Below are positions 1 to 13,812 of a DNA stretch of 64,000 nt, piece after piece. The stretch lies in assembly GCF_009914755.1 (NCBI RefSeq), contig NC_060947.1; one strand, written 5' to 3'. The DNA comes from the human T2T-CHM13v2.0 reference genome, Homo sapiens. Position numbers and translations under genes: made by a program. Under the pieces are notes generated by a model. That model did not search any database. It had not been told where the DNA came from and saw nothing but the letters and a program-made list of their open reading frames with translations. Every line of letters starts with the position of its first letter. Position 1 is the stretch's first letter.

Positions 1-289
1 CCATGGAGAAATGAGAGTTATGGAGTTATTTTTCTCACTTATTGAATTATTTGGATTTTAGTTGTTGTTGCTGGCTTAATGCTGTTCTGGCTTTTATTCA
101 CTTTTGTATATGAGGTATGTTCTTCATGGTTAAATATATCATTTAGCTCAGGGATGTAGAGTGATGAAAACCAGCACCTGGATAGGTAGTGACAGCATTC
201 AGGGAGAAATGGACATTCCCTGGGAATCATGGACTCTGAAACCAACAAACAACTTTTCCATTGGTTCCCAAAGCACCTCTCTTATATGA

Positions 290-609
<320 letters not shown>

Positions 610-752
610 ACGCCCAGCTATTTTTTTTGTATTTTTTTAGTAGAGACGGGTTTCACCATGTTGGCCAGGATGGTCTCGATCTCCTGACCTCGTGATCTGC
701 CTGCCTCGGCCCCAAAGTGCTGGGATTACAGGCATGAGCCACTGCGCCCGGC
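610..752 (-). mobile_element. Extra Alu left monomer fused to the preceding Alu
   Basis: Second linker plus left arm (agtagagacgggtttcaccatg...gagccactgcgcccggc). One TSD pair, tga(c/g)tggctgtcat at 287-300 and 753-766, encloses both parts. Confidence 0.9.
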
Positions 753-1775
753 TGAGTGGCTGTCATCTTATATGGGAAAACAGATTACATTTGCAGTTAT
801 TCAGAGGATAGTTGGAATATATTGGTTATGGCTCATATTTGAAGTTATATGCTTAGGAAGAAGCTTGTTGTGTTCCTGGCAGCAAGCAAAGGTTGAAATG
901 TACTGCGTATATACTTCTGCCATTGTAAAATATTTGACCAGATCCAGAAACCAGAGGCATGTCGTTTGGAGACTTTCTTCATGTTGACAGGATCCATTTG
1001 TTAACCACCCATTAATTCAACCTTTGAACTCACTTAGTATGCTAGTAAGTCCTAATTGTTCCATCCGAGCCATAAGGGTATTATGACACTGGTCAAACAA
1101 ACCCAGAAGTGAAGTAAGAAGAAAAGAACAAAGGAGAGAAGGAGAGCAATGCTGCCCTTTTACATAAAGGTGCCTTTGGGATTATGGGCTCTCTCTGTCC
1201 TTGATCTTGGATGTCTGTCTCTATTTATATTTAATGGTTGTTCTGGGACCTGGGACAAGCTTGTCACCATGGGGCTGGAAGTGAAGGTACATTTTCTAAG
1301 GAGGAGATGGCTTTCAAATAATGGCCTAAAACTATTGCAGTGTTCTGTGACAAATCTCCTGTGGCCCTGCCCTAGTTAGAACTCTGGAAATGAAGTTACT
1401 TTGGTGTGGATTAGAATAAAGGAAATGAAAGGTTGGAAGAAATCTGAAAGGGCATCTTGTGTAACCTGTGCCTGAATTCCCTTTAAAAAGCAGCCTCTGT
1501 CATGCAGATAAGCCCACACTTATACAAGCTTGTCAGTGACAGAAAAGTTTTTACTGCATAGAAATCCTGGCATATGTTGTACTGAACTCTATTTTCCCAT
1601 AGCTGCTTCTCATTGTTTTTTGGCAGTTATAATGAGAAAATGGAATCTCTCACAAAACAGTTTTTAAATTTTTTTATACATCATGATTTCTAAACACAAG
1701 TAAGCCAATACAGCTGTGCTTTCTTGATGATACAGTGAAAAGATTCAAAGTTTTTAACTTTAAAACCTAACCTTG

Positions 1776-3037
<1,262 letters not shown>

Positions 3038-3264
3038 TTAGAATTTGGGAATTCTCCCAACCCCTTCTTAATGGATATTGAGCTTTCCATTCTGTATGTT
3101 TAGGAACTGATCTTTGCTTCTTTTTTGAAAATCTTGTGTATTTTCAGTGGCTATTTTGACTTTTCTTCCGATTTCTTAAGAAATAATAGTGAGGTGAGGG
3201 GTATTGTATGTTCATATCTACAAATGATTTATCGTAGCAAGCATTATGTTCCAAAGTCCCAGCT

Positions 3265-3470
3265 ATACCATGGACTTTGAAAATGCCAGACTCCACAGGT
3301 GTTTGAATTCTGGTCTAACTGCTTACTAACTCTGACAATAGGCAAGTCAGTCATTTTATTTGAGCTTGAACTTCTTCATTTACTGTAAGAGAAATTAAAA
3401 TATACCTCATAGGGTATATATATATAACGAATATACAGTTAGATGATGTATGTACATCTCTTAACATGTT
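3265..3470 (+). mobile_element. MIR
   Basis: Degenerate MIR core (ggactttg...tttgaattctgg...ggcaagtca...cttcttcattt...atacctcataggg). Confidence 0.65.
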
Positions 3471-3478
3471 TCCCAGGC

Positions 3479-3636
3479 CAGTGTTTTAAAAATTAATGTG
3501 TGCATGAAATCGTCTGAGACTGTTGCTAAAATGAAGATTCTGATACAGTAGATCTGCGGTAGGGCCTGAGATTCTCTGTTTCCAAATGATGCTGATGCTA
3601 CTGATTCATGGATCACACTCAGAGTAGCAAGACCCT
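3479..3636 (-). mobile_element. MER5-family hAT-Charlie MITE
   Basis: cagtg...gattctgatacagtagatctg...gggcctgagattct...gatgctgatgctactg...cacactcagagtagca. Confidence 0.75.
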
Positions 3637-4459
3637 AGAATGAAGAAGATGCCCAATAAATGTTTGTTTCCTTTATCGTCTTTTTTCCCCTATCTCGCCT
3701 ATACTACCTCCAGTTATTTAGTGCCTGGAGACAAAAGCTCATTTAAAGTGGCTCTCACTTCTTTACTTGGGTTTCAATTCCCTCTTAATGAGGTTTGTTC
3801 TACCCTTTCCAAGTTGATGATCATTTTCATTGATGGAAAAGGTGGAAGTAACATAAGAATTAAGAAGTTTTCCTTTTCATTCTCATTTGAAGTCTAGCCT
3901 AAAGAATTTTGTTTTCCTTATTTTTCTCATGCCTCAGTCATGGCAGACTTGGTTTTCTGGTTCTGATTTTTACAAGTCCATTCTATTCCTGGCAATTCTC
4001 AATGGTTGCATGCCTCCCTTTCAGTTTTGTGTATGAACTTTTAAGATCTGACTGAATCAGGGAAGACCCTTTGCCAAGTTAAACAAAATATCTCCTTATA
4101 AACTCAGGTATCAGAAAGGAAAAGTTCAAGACAAATCACTAATGGGCATAGAATTCTGATGTTATTAATCACAAAGTTTATCCCTCTTCTTATACACAAA
4201 CACTCCCCCAGACACACACATACATATCCTCCCTCTTACCAAGGAAAGAAGGAGAAAAGTGTTCTAGTAAAAAGAAAAGTGAAAGGGATCGTAGTCACTA
4301 TGAGATATCCTAGAAAGTTTTCTTTTGTTGTGTAGTTTATACAAAACCAGAGATATTGTCCACGTCCCCTTTGCATGTGAAGACACTTTGAGCTGCATTA
4401 GCGTATCTGTTAGGGTGTGGTGTTGAAGAGCTGGAATTCATATCACTATTATAATAAAT

Positions 4460-4700
4460 TCAATTCAATTTCACAAACAGAACTCCTGGTCTGTGCCAAT
4501 CACTGTGTAGCTAGCATTACAAAGATGTACATGAATTGGGGGCCTCACTATCAATTAGGGGAGATATATACATGAAATAAATAAGCACAGTGTAGTATAA
4601 TGAGTGCACAAGTTATGAAGATAGCAGATGGAAAGCAGGTAGGGTGTAGGCTTAAGTGGGGAGAGGGAGGTGGTCAGGGAAGTATTTACAAAGGAGGCCT
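4460..4700 (-). mobile_element. L2 fragment
   Basis: Degenerate reverse L2 3' end (caattcaatt...ctgtgccaatcactgtg...ggtcagggaag). Confidence 0.5.
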
Positions 4701-5228
4701 CATTTTTTATTTATAAAGAATGAGGGTAAGGCCTTGTTTCCATTAAATGGCATTATAGCTAAGAAGACCAGGCAAATTAGAATTTTGCCTTCACTCATAA
4801 TTGGGTAATTCTCTCCTCTGTAAAGTTTCTAAGGAAACTATGCTCATGAGAGCATATCATGAAGATTATCAAAGGATTACCTTTTTATTCCTTGAATAAG
4901 TGTTTGCTTCTCCAAAGCTGGCCTCCATAAGTGGCACAAGAGTGTGTGTCTCCCATTTCTCCCTTAATCCTCAGATCCCATCCCTAAATGGATGGGATCT
5001 CTTGATTGCTTGAATGTGCCTGTGGGAAGAGAAAGAGCCTCAGCTTCCTCAAACAGGTGCAATGGTAGGGGAATTAATGAAGAGAACAGGATAGCCTGTA
5101 TTATTTCCTGCAGGACAGTGCCAGAGTAAGAAGGGAGAGAGGAAGAAGCCTGGGATCAGATCTTACTTAGCCCTTTGGATGAGGGAAGTAGAAAAGAAGA
5201 TTACATTTAGATAAGTGACCTCTTACTC

Positions 5229-5707
5229 TGTAGTAGATCATTTGCAAAGTCCCTCCCTGTATACTATAACTTTGCCTCTCATCGCACCAAGACGTAGAGT
5301 TTATTTCTCCATCCTTTGAATCTGGGCAGGCCTTGTGACTTGCTTTGGCTGATACAATGTGGCAGAAGTGTTTTATATAAGCTTTGGAGCCAAGGCCTTG
5401 AGAGACTTTGCAGCTTCTGCTCCCCCCTTTTTAGAACCTTGAGATGGCTGTATGAAGGAGTCAGGCTAGCCTCCTTGCAGATGACAGGCCACATGGAGGA
5501 GAGGGAGGCCCAGCTGACAGTCAGCATGAGCTGTCAGACATGTGAGTGAGGCTGTTGTGTAACATCCAGTCCCCACTGAGCAGCAAGGCCAGCAGGAGAA
5601 ATGCCCAGCTGAGTCCAGACTACATTACTGACCCAGATAATTATGAGTGACATTTAAGCCACTATGTTTTGGGGCGGTTTGTTTTGCAGCCATAGATAAC
5701 TGATGCA
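5229..5707 (+). mobile_element. MLT1 solo LTR (MLT1F/G/H group)
   Basis: tgtagtag start, ctttgaatctgggcaggccttgtgacttgctttggc, and end ttaagccactatgttttggggcggtttg...gcagccatagataactgatgca. Confidence 0.85.
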
Positions 5708-6599
5708 AATACCTAACAATAGTGGGCAAATTCATGGGCTGGAATCTAAGCAATCAGATTTGAAGCTTTTTAAAATTTTTTTATTTTTTTTATTTTTTGC
5801 AAAGGCTCTAGGACAAGAATTGAAAGAAGAGGATAAGAAGGGGATAAATGATCCTCTGTATGGTTACCAGGAGGCTTGTCATCTGAGCAACTTTCTAAGA
5901 GTACTTTCAGTTACATAGGTCCTTTGAAATTCTGCTTTGGCAGCTTGGAGACTTTGATTGTAGGAAACAGTTCAAAGCCTTTAACGGCCCTCTCTCCACC
6001 TTGGACTTGGCAATATTAAAGGCCAAAGAACTCTGCAAAGTGTTGCTTGAAGGGCTCTTTTTTACTTGCTTATTCTGTTTAAATCCCAGTTTTCTGCCGT
6101 TTTGACCTCTTTCATGAATTTGATGTTTCGAGTGTTCCTTGATTTTCCACTTGCTATTTCAGCAAAATAAACACCCTTTCTTACTTGCCTCTCACTTCCA
6201 CCTGGGCCTTAGACCTGATCACACTTAGTTCCACAGTGGATCACCTCCCCACTCAATCCTGGGTTCCAGGACAAACCACAACCTGGGATGCCACTTCCTC
6301 CCACCAGGTAAAGGCGATCAGACACGGAAAATACTTTGTACTCACAACCATGACTTACAATTACCTTTTTTCCCTCAGGAGTCTCCTGCATTGCTATTAA
6401 AATTACATGATTATTTTATATTGCTGGGATACCATAAAACCTTGGTTATGTTCTACTTGATATAGAAAGAAGGTATAAAATTAGTAAATAAAACTTCCTA
6501 AATATTGCTTATTTTGAGGCAAAGTATGTTAAAATATGGGGCAAGTCTCATTCCTATTTCAGAGTCTTTGAATTTATTTTATTATTTTCCAGCTTTTCA

Positions 6600-6860
6600 C
6601 ATGTTTTTTGCACTTCACTCATATATTTATTCAAATGTCACTTCCACAAACAACACTACCTTGATCACCTAACTGTCCTGTCACTCTCTGGTCTGTTAAG
6701 CAGATTAATTTTTTCATAGATTTTCTCACTTTCTGATCTTTTACTATATTTTCATTTGTCTATCACAAGGGTGGGATCTTTGTCTTATTCTCTGCTATAC
6801 CTAGGACCTATAAATGTGCACAGAGCCTAATAGTTGCTTGATAAATTTTTTATAAATAAC
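6600..6860 (+). mobile_element. L2 3' fragment
   Basis: caaatgtcacttcc...gggatctttgtcttattctctgctatacctagg...tgcttgataaat. Confidence 0.6.
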
Positions 6861-6939
6861 AAATCTTCATGCTAGCATTATCTATGATTTTGCTAAAAAT
6901 TCCTTCTGATTCAAGTAATAGGTAATACTATTGAGCAGC

Positions 6940-8199
6940 ATATGTTGGTGCAAAAGTAATTGTGGTTTTGGCGCTGAAATCTGCCGTTTGATACTGGAAT
7001 ACATTCTTAAATGTGGTTATGTTATGCATCATTTTAATGTGCGTTTATCGCTTTTTTTTTTTTTGCTAATGACTTATTTGCTGTTTATACTTATTTTAGA
7101 CTATGGAAATGATGTTAGACAAAAAGCAAATTTGAGCGATTTTCTTATTTAAGTTCAAACTGGATTGTAAAGCAGTAGAGACAACTCGCCACATCAACAC
7201 ATTTAGCCCAGGAACTGCTAACGAATATATAGTGCAGTGGTGGTTCAAGGAGTTTTGCAAAGGAGACGAGAGCCTTGAAGGTGAGGAATGTGGTGGCCGG
7301 CCACTGGAAGTTGGAAGTTGACAATGACCAATTGAGAGCAATCATCAAAGCTGATCCTTTTACACAAGAAGTTGCCGAAGAACTCAACGTTGACCATTCT
7401 ACGGTCATTTGGCATTTGAAGCAAAATGGAAAGGTGAAAAAGCTCGATAAGTGGGTGCCTCATGAGCTGAGCAAAAATTAAAAAAAGATTTTGAAGTGCC
7501 ATCTCTTATTCTGCGCAACAACAATGAACCATTTCTGATCAGATTGTGATGTGCGACAAAATCTGGATTTTATACGACAACTGGTGATGAGCAGCTCAGT
7601 GGCTGGACCAAGAGGAAGTTACAGAGCACTTCCCAAAGCCAAACTTGCACCAAAAAAAAAGGGTCATGGTCACTATTTGGTTTGCTGCTGAACTGATCCA
7701 CGACAGCTTTCTGAATCCCAGTGAAACCATTACATCTGAGAAGTATGTTTAGCAAATCAATGAGATACACCAAAAATTGTAATGCCTGCAGCCAGCATTG
7801 GTCAACAGAAAGGGCCTGATTCTTCTTTACAACAACACCTGACTGTATGTCATATAACCAATACTTCAAAAGTTGAATGAATTGGGCTACAAAGTTTTGC
7901 CTCATCTGCCATATTCACCTGACCTCCGCCAACTGACTACCACTTCTTCAAGCATCTCAACAACTTTTTGCAGGCAAAATGCTTCCACAACCAGCAGGAT
8001 GCAGAAAATGCTTTCCAAGAGTTTGTTGAATCCTGAAGCATGGATTTTTATGCTACGGGAATGAACAAACTTATTTCTCATTGGCAAAAATGTGTTGATT
8101 GTAATGGCTCCTATTTTGATTAATAAAGATGTGTTTGAGCCTAGTTATAATGATTAAAATTCATGGTCCAAAACTGCAATTACTTTTGTACCAACTTAA
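6940..8199 (+). mobile_element. Full-length Hsmar1 mariner DNA transposon
   Basis: Both ~30-bp TIRs present (gttggtgcaaaagtaattgtggtttt at left; aaaactgcaattacttttgtaccaacttaa at right, followed by TA). About 1.26 kb with a transposase remnant. Confidence 0.97.
7103..8123 (+). pseudogene. Disrupted Hsmar1 transposase
   Basis: Begins MEMMLDKKQI then TGA at codon 11 (7133-7135). WVPHEL and YSPDL motifs are visible in the ORF track. Several frameshifts and stops; the second catalytic motif LHDNA reads LYNNT. Ends ...GSYFD TAA. Confidence 0.93.
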
Positions 8200-8367
8200 T
8201 AACAAAGGAAAGAGCTCTATGGCATACCATTAGAGACAACCCTCTCCACTGAATGAGAACAAATAATCAACAAGAATAGGCATTCATTACTTAAATATCT
8301 GTGCATTTTTCCTAACAAGAGTATCATGCAGCCATGGTGGAGCACTTTGCCTACAAGAGCACCACAG

Positions 8368-8480
8368 TAGGATGACCAACTTGTCTTGGTTTGCTTGAGA
8401 CTTTTCTGGTTTTAAAACAGAAGGTCCTGTGTCTGAGAACCCCCTTGGTTTTGAACAAACCAAGACAATTGGTCACTCTA
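8368..8480. mobile_element. MER81 hAT-Blackjack MITE
   Basis: 113-bp element with TIRs taggatgaccaac / attggtcactcta. Confidence 0.85.
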
Positions 8481-9299
8481 ACATGGGATATTTTCCTGAA
8501 TCCTAGATAAACTGTCCATGTCAAACCTATGAGTTGTTATTTTGGTTTCCTATCAAAAACAATGAGATTTGCTTGGAATGCTTTGTTAATGATGTCATGT
8601 TGATAGCTGGTGAGGTTGACAACTCATCTTTAATCACTTCTAGAATTTTTTCATGGATGAATATCAAGCTAGCTAGCTTTTCCTTTCTAATAGTCATGTT
8701 TCTCATTTTTGAATATTGGGATATTTGAATTTCAAGTACTCGGACATTTTCCTTTCTCTCAGAATTTTTGAAACACAGTGGTGTCAAGTTTTTGCACCTG
8801 ATTTGTCCTTAAGATTTCTGTAAGGCAATATATGCCAGGAGGCGTTTGTTGTCGAAGAAGCACAAAGATGCTAGGAAGGTCTGAAGATTCATCTCTTGAG
8901 ATAGTGGGTTTGTTCCTTAGCAGGATGCCAGTTGACGGTAAGGCCAGGGAAGCACATGCTATTAGCTAGGCTCTCAATTTGAATCCCTGATCAGTTGGCT
9001 ATGACTCAGTCTGTGTCAATAATATTTTGAGATTTTTCTTGTTTTATATCTCATAATACATTATATGTTTTTCATTCATAGGCTAGTTTATGTTGGCTTA
9101 AAGAGATACATTATAGAATCTCTAAGAGGATGGATTGTGTGCTTTGCTTTAATATGGGTATAGCACTTAGAATGGTAAATGGTTACTACATGTTATTCTT
9201 TCTGTGTTTCATCATGTACATATGGCCTCATAATGTCTCCACTGCTCCTTACATATTGGTGCCTCTATGTCTTGTGTCTGTGTCTTGTACATTTATCAT

Positions 9300-9530
9300 C
9301 TCTTGAGATAATTTCTTTCTTACCCATGGTTTCAACTACTTCCCATAAGCCTATAAGCCTATGCCTTCCAAATCTAATTCATACCTCTAGCCTTTACTTT
9401 TTTCCTGAGCTTCTTATATAGCCATCTGTCTCCACTAAGAATTGCACCCAACAAATCTCCAGTCCACCTGTGCCCTGCCTCGTTCCTGCCATATTTCTTA
9501 TCTAATATTAGGAATATAATACAGATACCT
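9300..9530 (+). mobile_element. L2 internal fragment
   Basis: cccatggtttcaactac...ccaaatct...tcctgagctt...catctgtctccact, degenerate. Confidence 0.5.
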
Positions 9531-9999
9531 GGCCACAGTTCCAGGTCACAAGAATGCAGGTACCAGGGATAGCCTAAAATGAGTCCTATGCTAGACCGTG
9601 GCAAGCCATTTGGGGGTCAAGGACAAAACAGAAACCTGAAAAAGCTGTCATTTGACTATCAAACACAAAGAGGCAGGGAGGAATTTTGGAAGGATGAAGA
9701 AGAAAATAGGCATAAACCAGAAATATGGAGATTTAGGCAAGTCAAAGGACAAATAAGGGATTTCACTGATGTTTAGTTTCAGCTATAGCATTCACCTCTT
9801 GTGTAGTGTATAGCTCCTGTTACTTGGTATATAGCTCCTGTTACTCAAAAGACAAAATATTACTATGCTAGGAAAAATGGTGCATATACCAACCTGACTT
9901 CTATATTATATATAATTCCCCATTTTACCAATTACATATGAACTAATTCATGCTACAGACACACATGTAGAACAGTAGGTAATTTATCTATTATCTTAC

Positions 10000-10530
10000 T
10001 AATCTTTATCCCGCCCAATGAGGTACCATTCCTGTTTTTCTGATAAGAAAACTGAGGACAAAAGTTACATATCTTGTCTAAAGCTGCATAATTAATGTAT
10101 TCATCAAGATAGGATGGCTATTACGTGGGAATGATTACCCCTGAAATCTAAGTTGTTTAACACAGTAAAGATTTATTGTGCTTATAGTGTTTATTCTCAC
10201 TCATGTTACATATCAGATGTTGGTTGGTGGGGGGCTCTGCTCCGTATAGTTAAGAGACTCAAGGCGATGAAGGCTCTGCCACCTTGTATCAAAATAATCT
10301 GGAACAGGTTTCCATGGAAGCAAAGGTGGAAGTGGTAGGTGAGAAACACCATTCTTAACTGCTTGTCCGTTGGCCAAAACTAGTCATGTGACACTAGTCT
10401 AACTGGAAGAGAGGCTGGAAATGTGGGATTGCAAATAGAATATTTTGGGAGCACTGTCTTAGCAAACCAATAAGTGTGGCAGAGATGTAAACTCAGGTTT
10501 GTTTATTTCCAAATTCAATACTATTTCCAC
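10000..10530 (-). mobile_element. MIR split by an MLT1 LTR
   Basis: gataagaaaactgagg...cttgtctaaagctgcata, resuming after about 10465 as taagtgtggcagag...aactcagg. Confidence 0.6.
10096..10465 (-). mobile_element. Old MLT1 LTR (MLT1J/K/L group)
   Basis: aaatctaagttgtttaacacagtaaagatttatt...ttggccaaaactagtcatgtgac...gaggctggaaatgt. Confidence 0.7.
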
Positions 10531-11799
10531 ATCTAACCCTCTGTCACAGGATTTTTGAAGATCAAGATTAGGTGCCAAGGAGTCTAGAGAGTCTAATCAG
10601 GACCAAGTTGAATAGATCAAATGTGACCAGTCATGCCTAGAACAAGCACAGCACCATGGAATAGGAGGCAAGCCATGAGAGGAAAGAAGTGTGATGGTTT
10701 TGAGGCAGAGAAAATGTAATCAATAGAGATGTCAAAGTATAAAGGCCAGAGCAAACAAGGATTTGGAGACATTAAGCAGCAATCGATACAGAGCAAACAA
10801 AGATGGATCATGGAGTGGGAAGATGAAAGGCAGTTTAAGAACCAGCCAGGGACATATCCCACTTATACTGACAGCAGGTCTTGGAATCCTCTCAATGTGC
10901 CAATTGTCAAAATCCATGATAGGCAGAAAGTGTCCTAAAAGGATCAAGACTATTGTTTAAAAATCCATCAGTGATTCCCAATTCCTTCACCGGCAGAACC
11001 AGATCCATCTCTTTGCTGCATGCCAGACTTGTTACTGTCATAAACTGTTTGCACATCTTCAATTATGCCATGGTTTTTCAGACCTCCATGCCCTTTACCA
11101 GTTGGATCCCTTTCCTAGCATGCATTTTTGCCTCTTCTTCTTCCAGCTAAAATCTTCTCACTGTTGTTGAAGTAATAGGTACCAGAGAAAGTAGTCTGAA
11201 CAAACAAAACATGGCTTCTGTTTCCATAGCAACCTGGACCTATTTCTATCACCTGGGCATTTATCACATAATCTTTTAACTAGTGGTTTTCTTGTGGGTG
11301 TGAGCTTTGTTTCCCATCACATAGCAGAGTCTGGCCCATAGAAGATGCTCTGTATTCACTGAATGGGCAGAGCTGCAGATTTGTGTGTTTACGTGCCATT
11401 TCATGGCATGGAGTTCCAGATCAGCTCCATGGGTTACTTTGAGAATGAGTGTAAACACTAAAATCAACCTGCAAAGATCAAAAGTGCCTCATGTTATTGT
11501 CTGACATAAGGCAAAGCTATGTAAGTATCAGAATTTTTTGTTTTCTCCAGAAAATAAAAGCATTTTGGTTAAATATTTACAGTTTCTTTCAATTATTTTT
11601 CATTTATCAGTGAGACTTGACATGTTTTCTTTTTTATTTAAAAGTGCAATAGTAGAAGATAGTTTATCAAGTACGGTCCACTCGGGAGAAAACGCAAGTG
11701 TTTTAACTGACACAAATTAATAAAAATAATTGTTAATCAGTTATTAGAGAACCTAAAAGACAATGTGAGGGCATGGAGGTATAAGCAGTGGTAGTAACA

Positions 11800-12250
11800 T
11801 CAGGAAACTATTGCCTACCATAGTTCCCAGGACTATGTGAACAAAGAAAAGAGGTTGAAATGATGAAAAATAGACCTTGGAGGAGTCTCGAAGAACTGGG
11901 ACTCAGACCTGTGAAGATGGGGTGCCAGCCATTTGGTACTGGTGTCTGAGGGGGTGCAATGAGGCTGGTTCTGGATACATGAAAAAAAACTACAAACTAG
12001 AACTAAGTGCCCCGGGTGGGGTAAAGAATCATTGTTGGGATGACTCCGAACAAAAACTGGAGAAAGCAAGTCCTTTTTACTCCTCTAACTTATTGTCTCC
12101 CTCGAACGCTCTCTAGTAGTAGGGAATAAAAGGGAGTCACTCACTGGCAGAGCTGAAAGGGGATTCGCAGAGTCCCAGCTTGAGCCTCGCGGATCAGTAC
12201 ACACCAGCAGTTTGAAGCTGAGAGATAATGAAGTCTTAATAACCAGTGTG
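11800..12250 (-). mobile_element. LTR41/LTR33-like ERVL LTR
   Basis: agcaagtcc...tctccctc...gcagagtcccagc...tttgaagctgagagataat...ttaataaccagtg resembles the reverse 5' end of LTR41. Left boundary uncertain. Confidence 0.55.
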
Positions 12251-12329
12251 TAAAATAAAGAGAAAGCCTACCAACCACCATCAAACATCTTTTTAATTTT
12301 TGCTTCTTAGCTTCCATATGTGAATTCAT

Positions 12330-12680
12330 CTTTACATAGTTTTAGCATTATTCTGTATTTGATATTAAATCATTATTTTTTATGTTTCTACATTATATTA
12401 ATAATCATCGTGTAAATGGTTGCATAATGGTACATTGTTTCTGTGGAACCTAATTTATTAAACTGTTCTCCTAAAGTTGGGCATTTATATAGTTTCTAAT
12501 TTATAGCTACTATGGATAAAACTTATAATTAACATTTGTGTACATACCTTTCTCCTATTTAATATTCCTGAGTGGAATTATTATTTTAAAAGGTATTGAC
12601 ATCTTTGTGTTGCTTTATTGTTCTTCAAAAGTAATTTATGCCACCATCAGCAATGAGTATACTGATTTAACCAGTAAATA
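12330..12680 (-). mobile_element. Old L1M 3' fragment
   Basis: aatggttgcataatgg...gttgggcattta...tttctaatt...gagtggaatt...ccaccatcagcaatg. Confidence 0.6.
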
Positions 12681-12899
12681 CTGATTTTTAAGCATCCATA
12701 TGAAATCATGGAAAAACAAAGGCATATATTTTGAAGGCAATGGCAAAATTAGTTGTAGGACAGAGGGCATTTAAAACTTAAGTTTTTAAACATGCACTTT
12801 GCTCTTTAAACAGGAAATATGGCCACAATGTAAGGGTGACAGATTTCTTAGCTTGGTCTTCTATAGGTTAAATGTTTCCAGTGAATTAATTACTTAAGG

Positions 12900-13088
12900 C
12901 AGTGGTTCTTAAAGCATGATTCCTGGACAAGCAATGTTGGCATAACTTGGGAACTTGTTAGAAAAACAAATTTTTGGCCTCTGTCTGGGATCTACTGAAT
13001 CAAAAAATCTGAAGGTGGAGCTCAGAAATCTGTGTTTTAAAAAGCCCTCCAGGTGACTCTAATACATACTAAAATTAAGGAACCACCA
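12900..13088 (+). mobile_element. MER5A
   Basis: cagtggttcttaaag...gggaacttgttagaaa...ctactgaatca...aagccctccaggtgactct...gaaccac. Confidence 0.88.
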
Positions 13089-13524
13089 ACATAATATGTA
13101 TTCTGTAGAGACAGCTTGTTACTTTAACTCCAGTTTGCACTTTGAACATATTTAAAGAACTTTTTCACTTTGTATTGAGAAGTTAAAAAAAAAAAGTACA
13201 AATCTTAACATAGGGATATCTTAACATTAAAACAGTTTTTTCCTGTAGCTTGAACTTTACAAGTGTCAGTGAAGTATTTTAAAAAGTGAAAATACAGAGG
13301 TCACAATGTTGATTCAGCTTTTACCCTGTGTTTGCAGGCAGACTCTCAATTTCATTCTTGTAGTTATTTGCAGTGGTTCCCATGGCATTGAGGCAAAGAA
13401 ATTAAACTGTACTTAGAAAAGAAATGTGAGGTTTGTAAATAGTGTCCCAAACACATTAAAATTTTAAAGTAATTACATCTTGATTTGCATGGAACTTTAA
13501 ATTTTTCCAGCTTTCCATATTCAT

Positions 13525-13812
13525 TGTGGTGAGACTTCTGATTGCGAGAAACAAAAATCTAACTCAAACTAGTGAAGCAAAAAAGAATTTTTTTGGATCA
13601 TGTACCCAAAAGCATGGGAAGCTGGAAGTCAAGCTGGGATTCAGGGATGATTGGAACTAGTCATGTGACACCAGTCTAACTGGAAGGGAGGCTAGAAATG
13701 TGGAGTTGCAAATAGAATATTTGGAATCAAGGACTCTATTTCCTGTCTCTGCTTTTGTACTGGCTTCTTCCACATACCCGGGAACATGGCTGCCCAAATC
13801 TCCTTGGCTCAA
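13525..13812 (-). mobile_element. MLT1J-like LTR fragment carrying a templated insertion
   Basis: gacttctgattgc...aactcaaactagtgaagcaaaaaaagaatt...tctctgctttt...ggcttc. Confidence 0.6.

Noticed and set aside
3148-3193. 46-nt + strand exon-like segment (ttttcag|...GAG|gtgagg; GYFDFSSDFLRNNSE)
   Set aside because: Short, non-symmetric and unrecognised; such pseudo-exons are common in intronic DNA.
5114-5125. 12-nt microexon-like segment (cctgcag|GACAGTGCCAGA|gtaaga)
   Set aside because: The pyrimidine tract is too short for a typical regulated microexon and there is no other support.
7570-7905. 111-aa minus-strand ORF
   Set aside because: Antisense shadow of the Hsmar1 transposase remnant.
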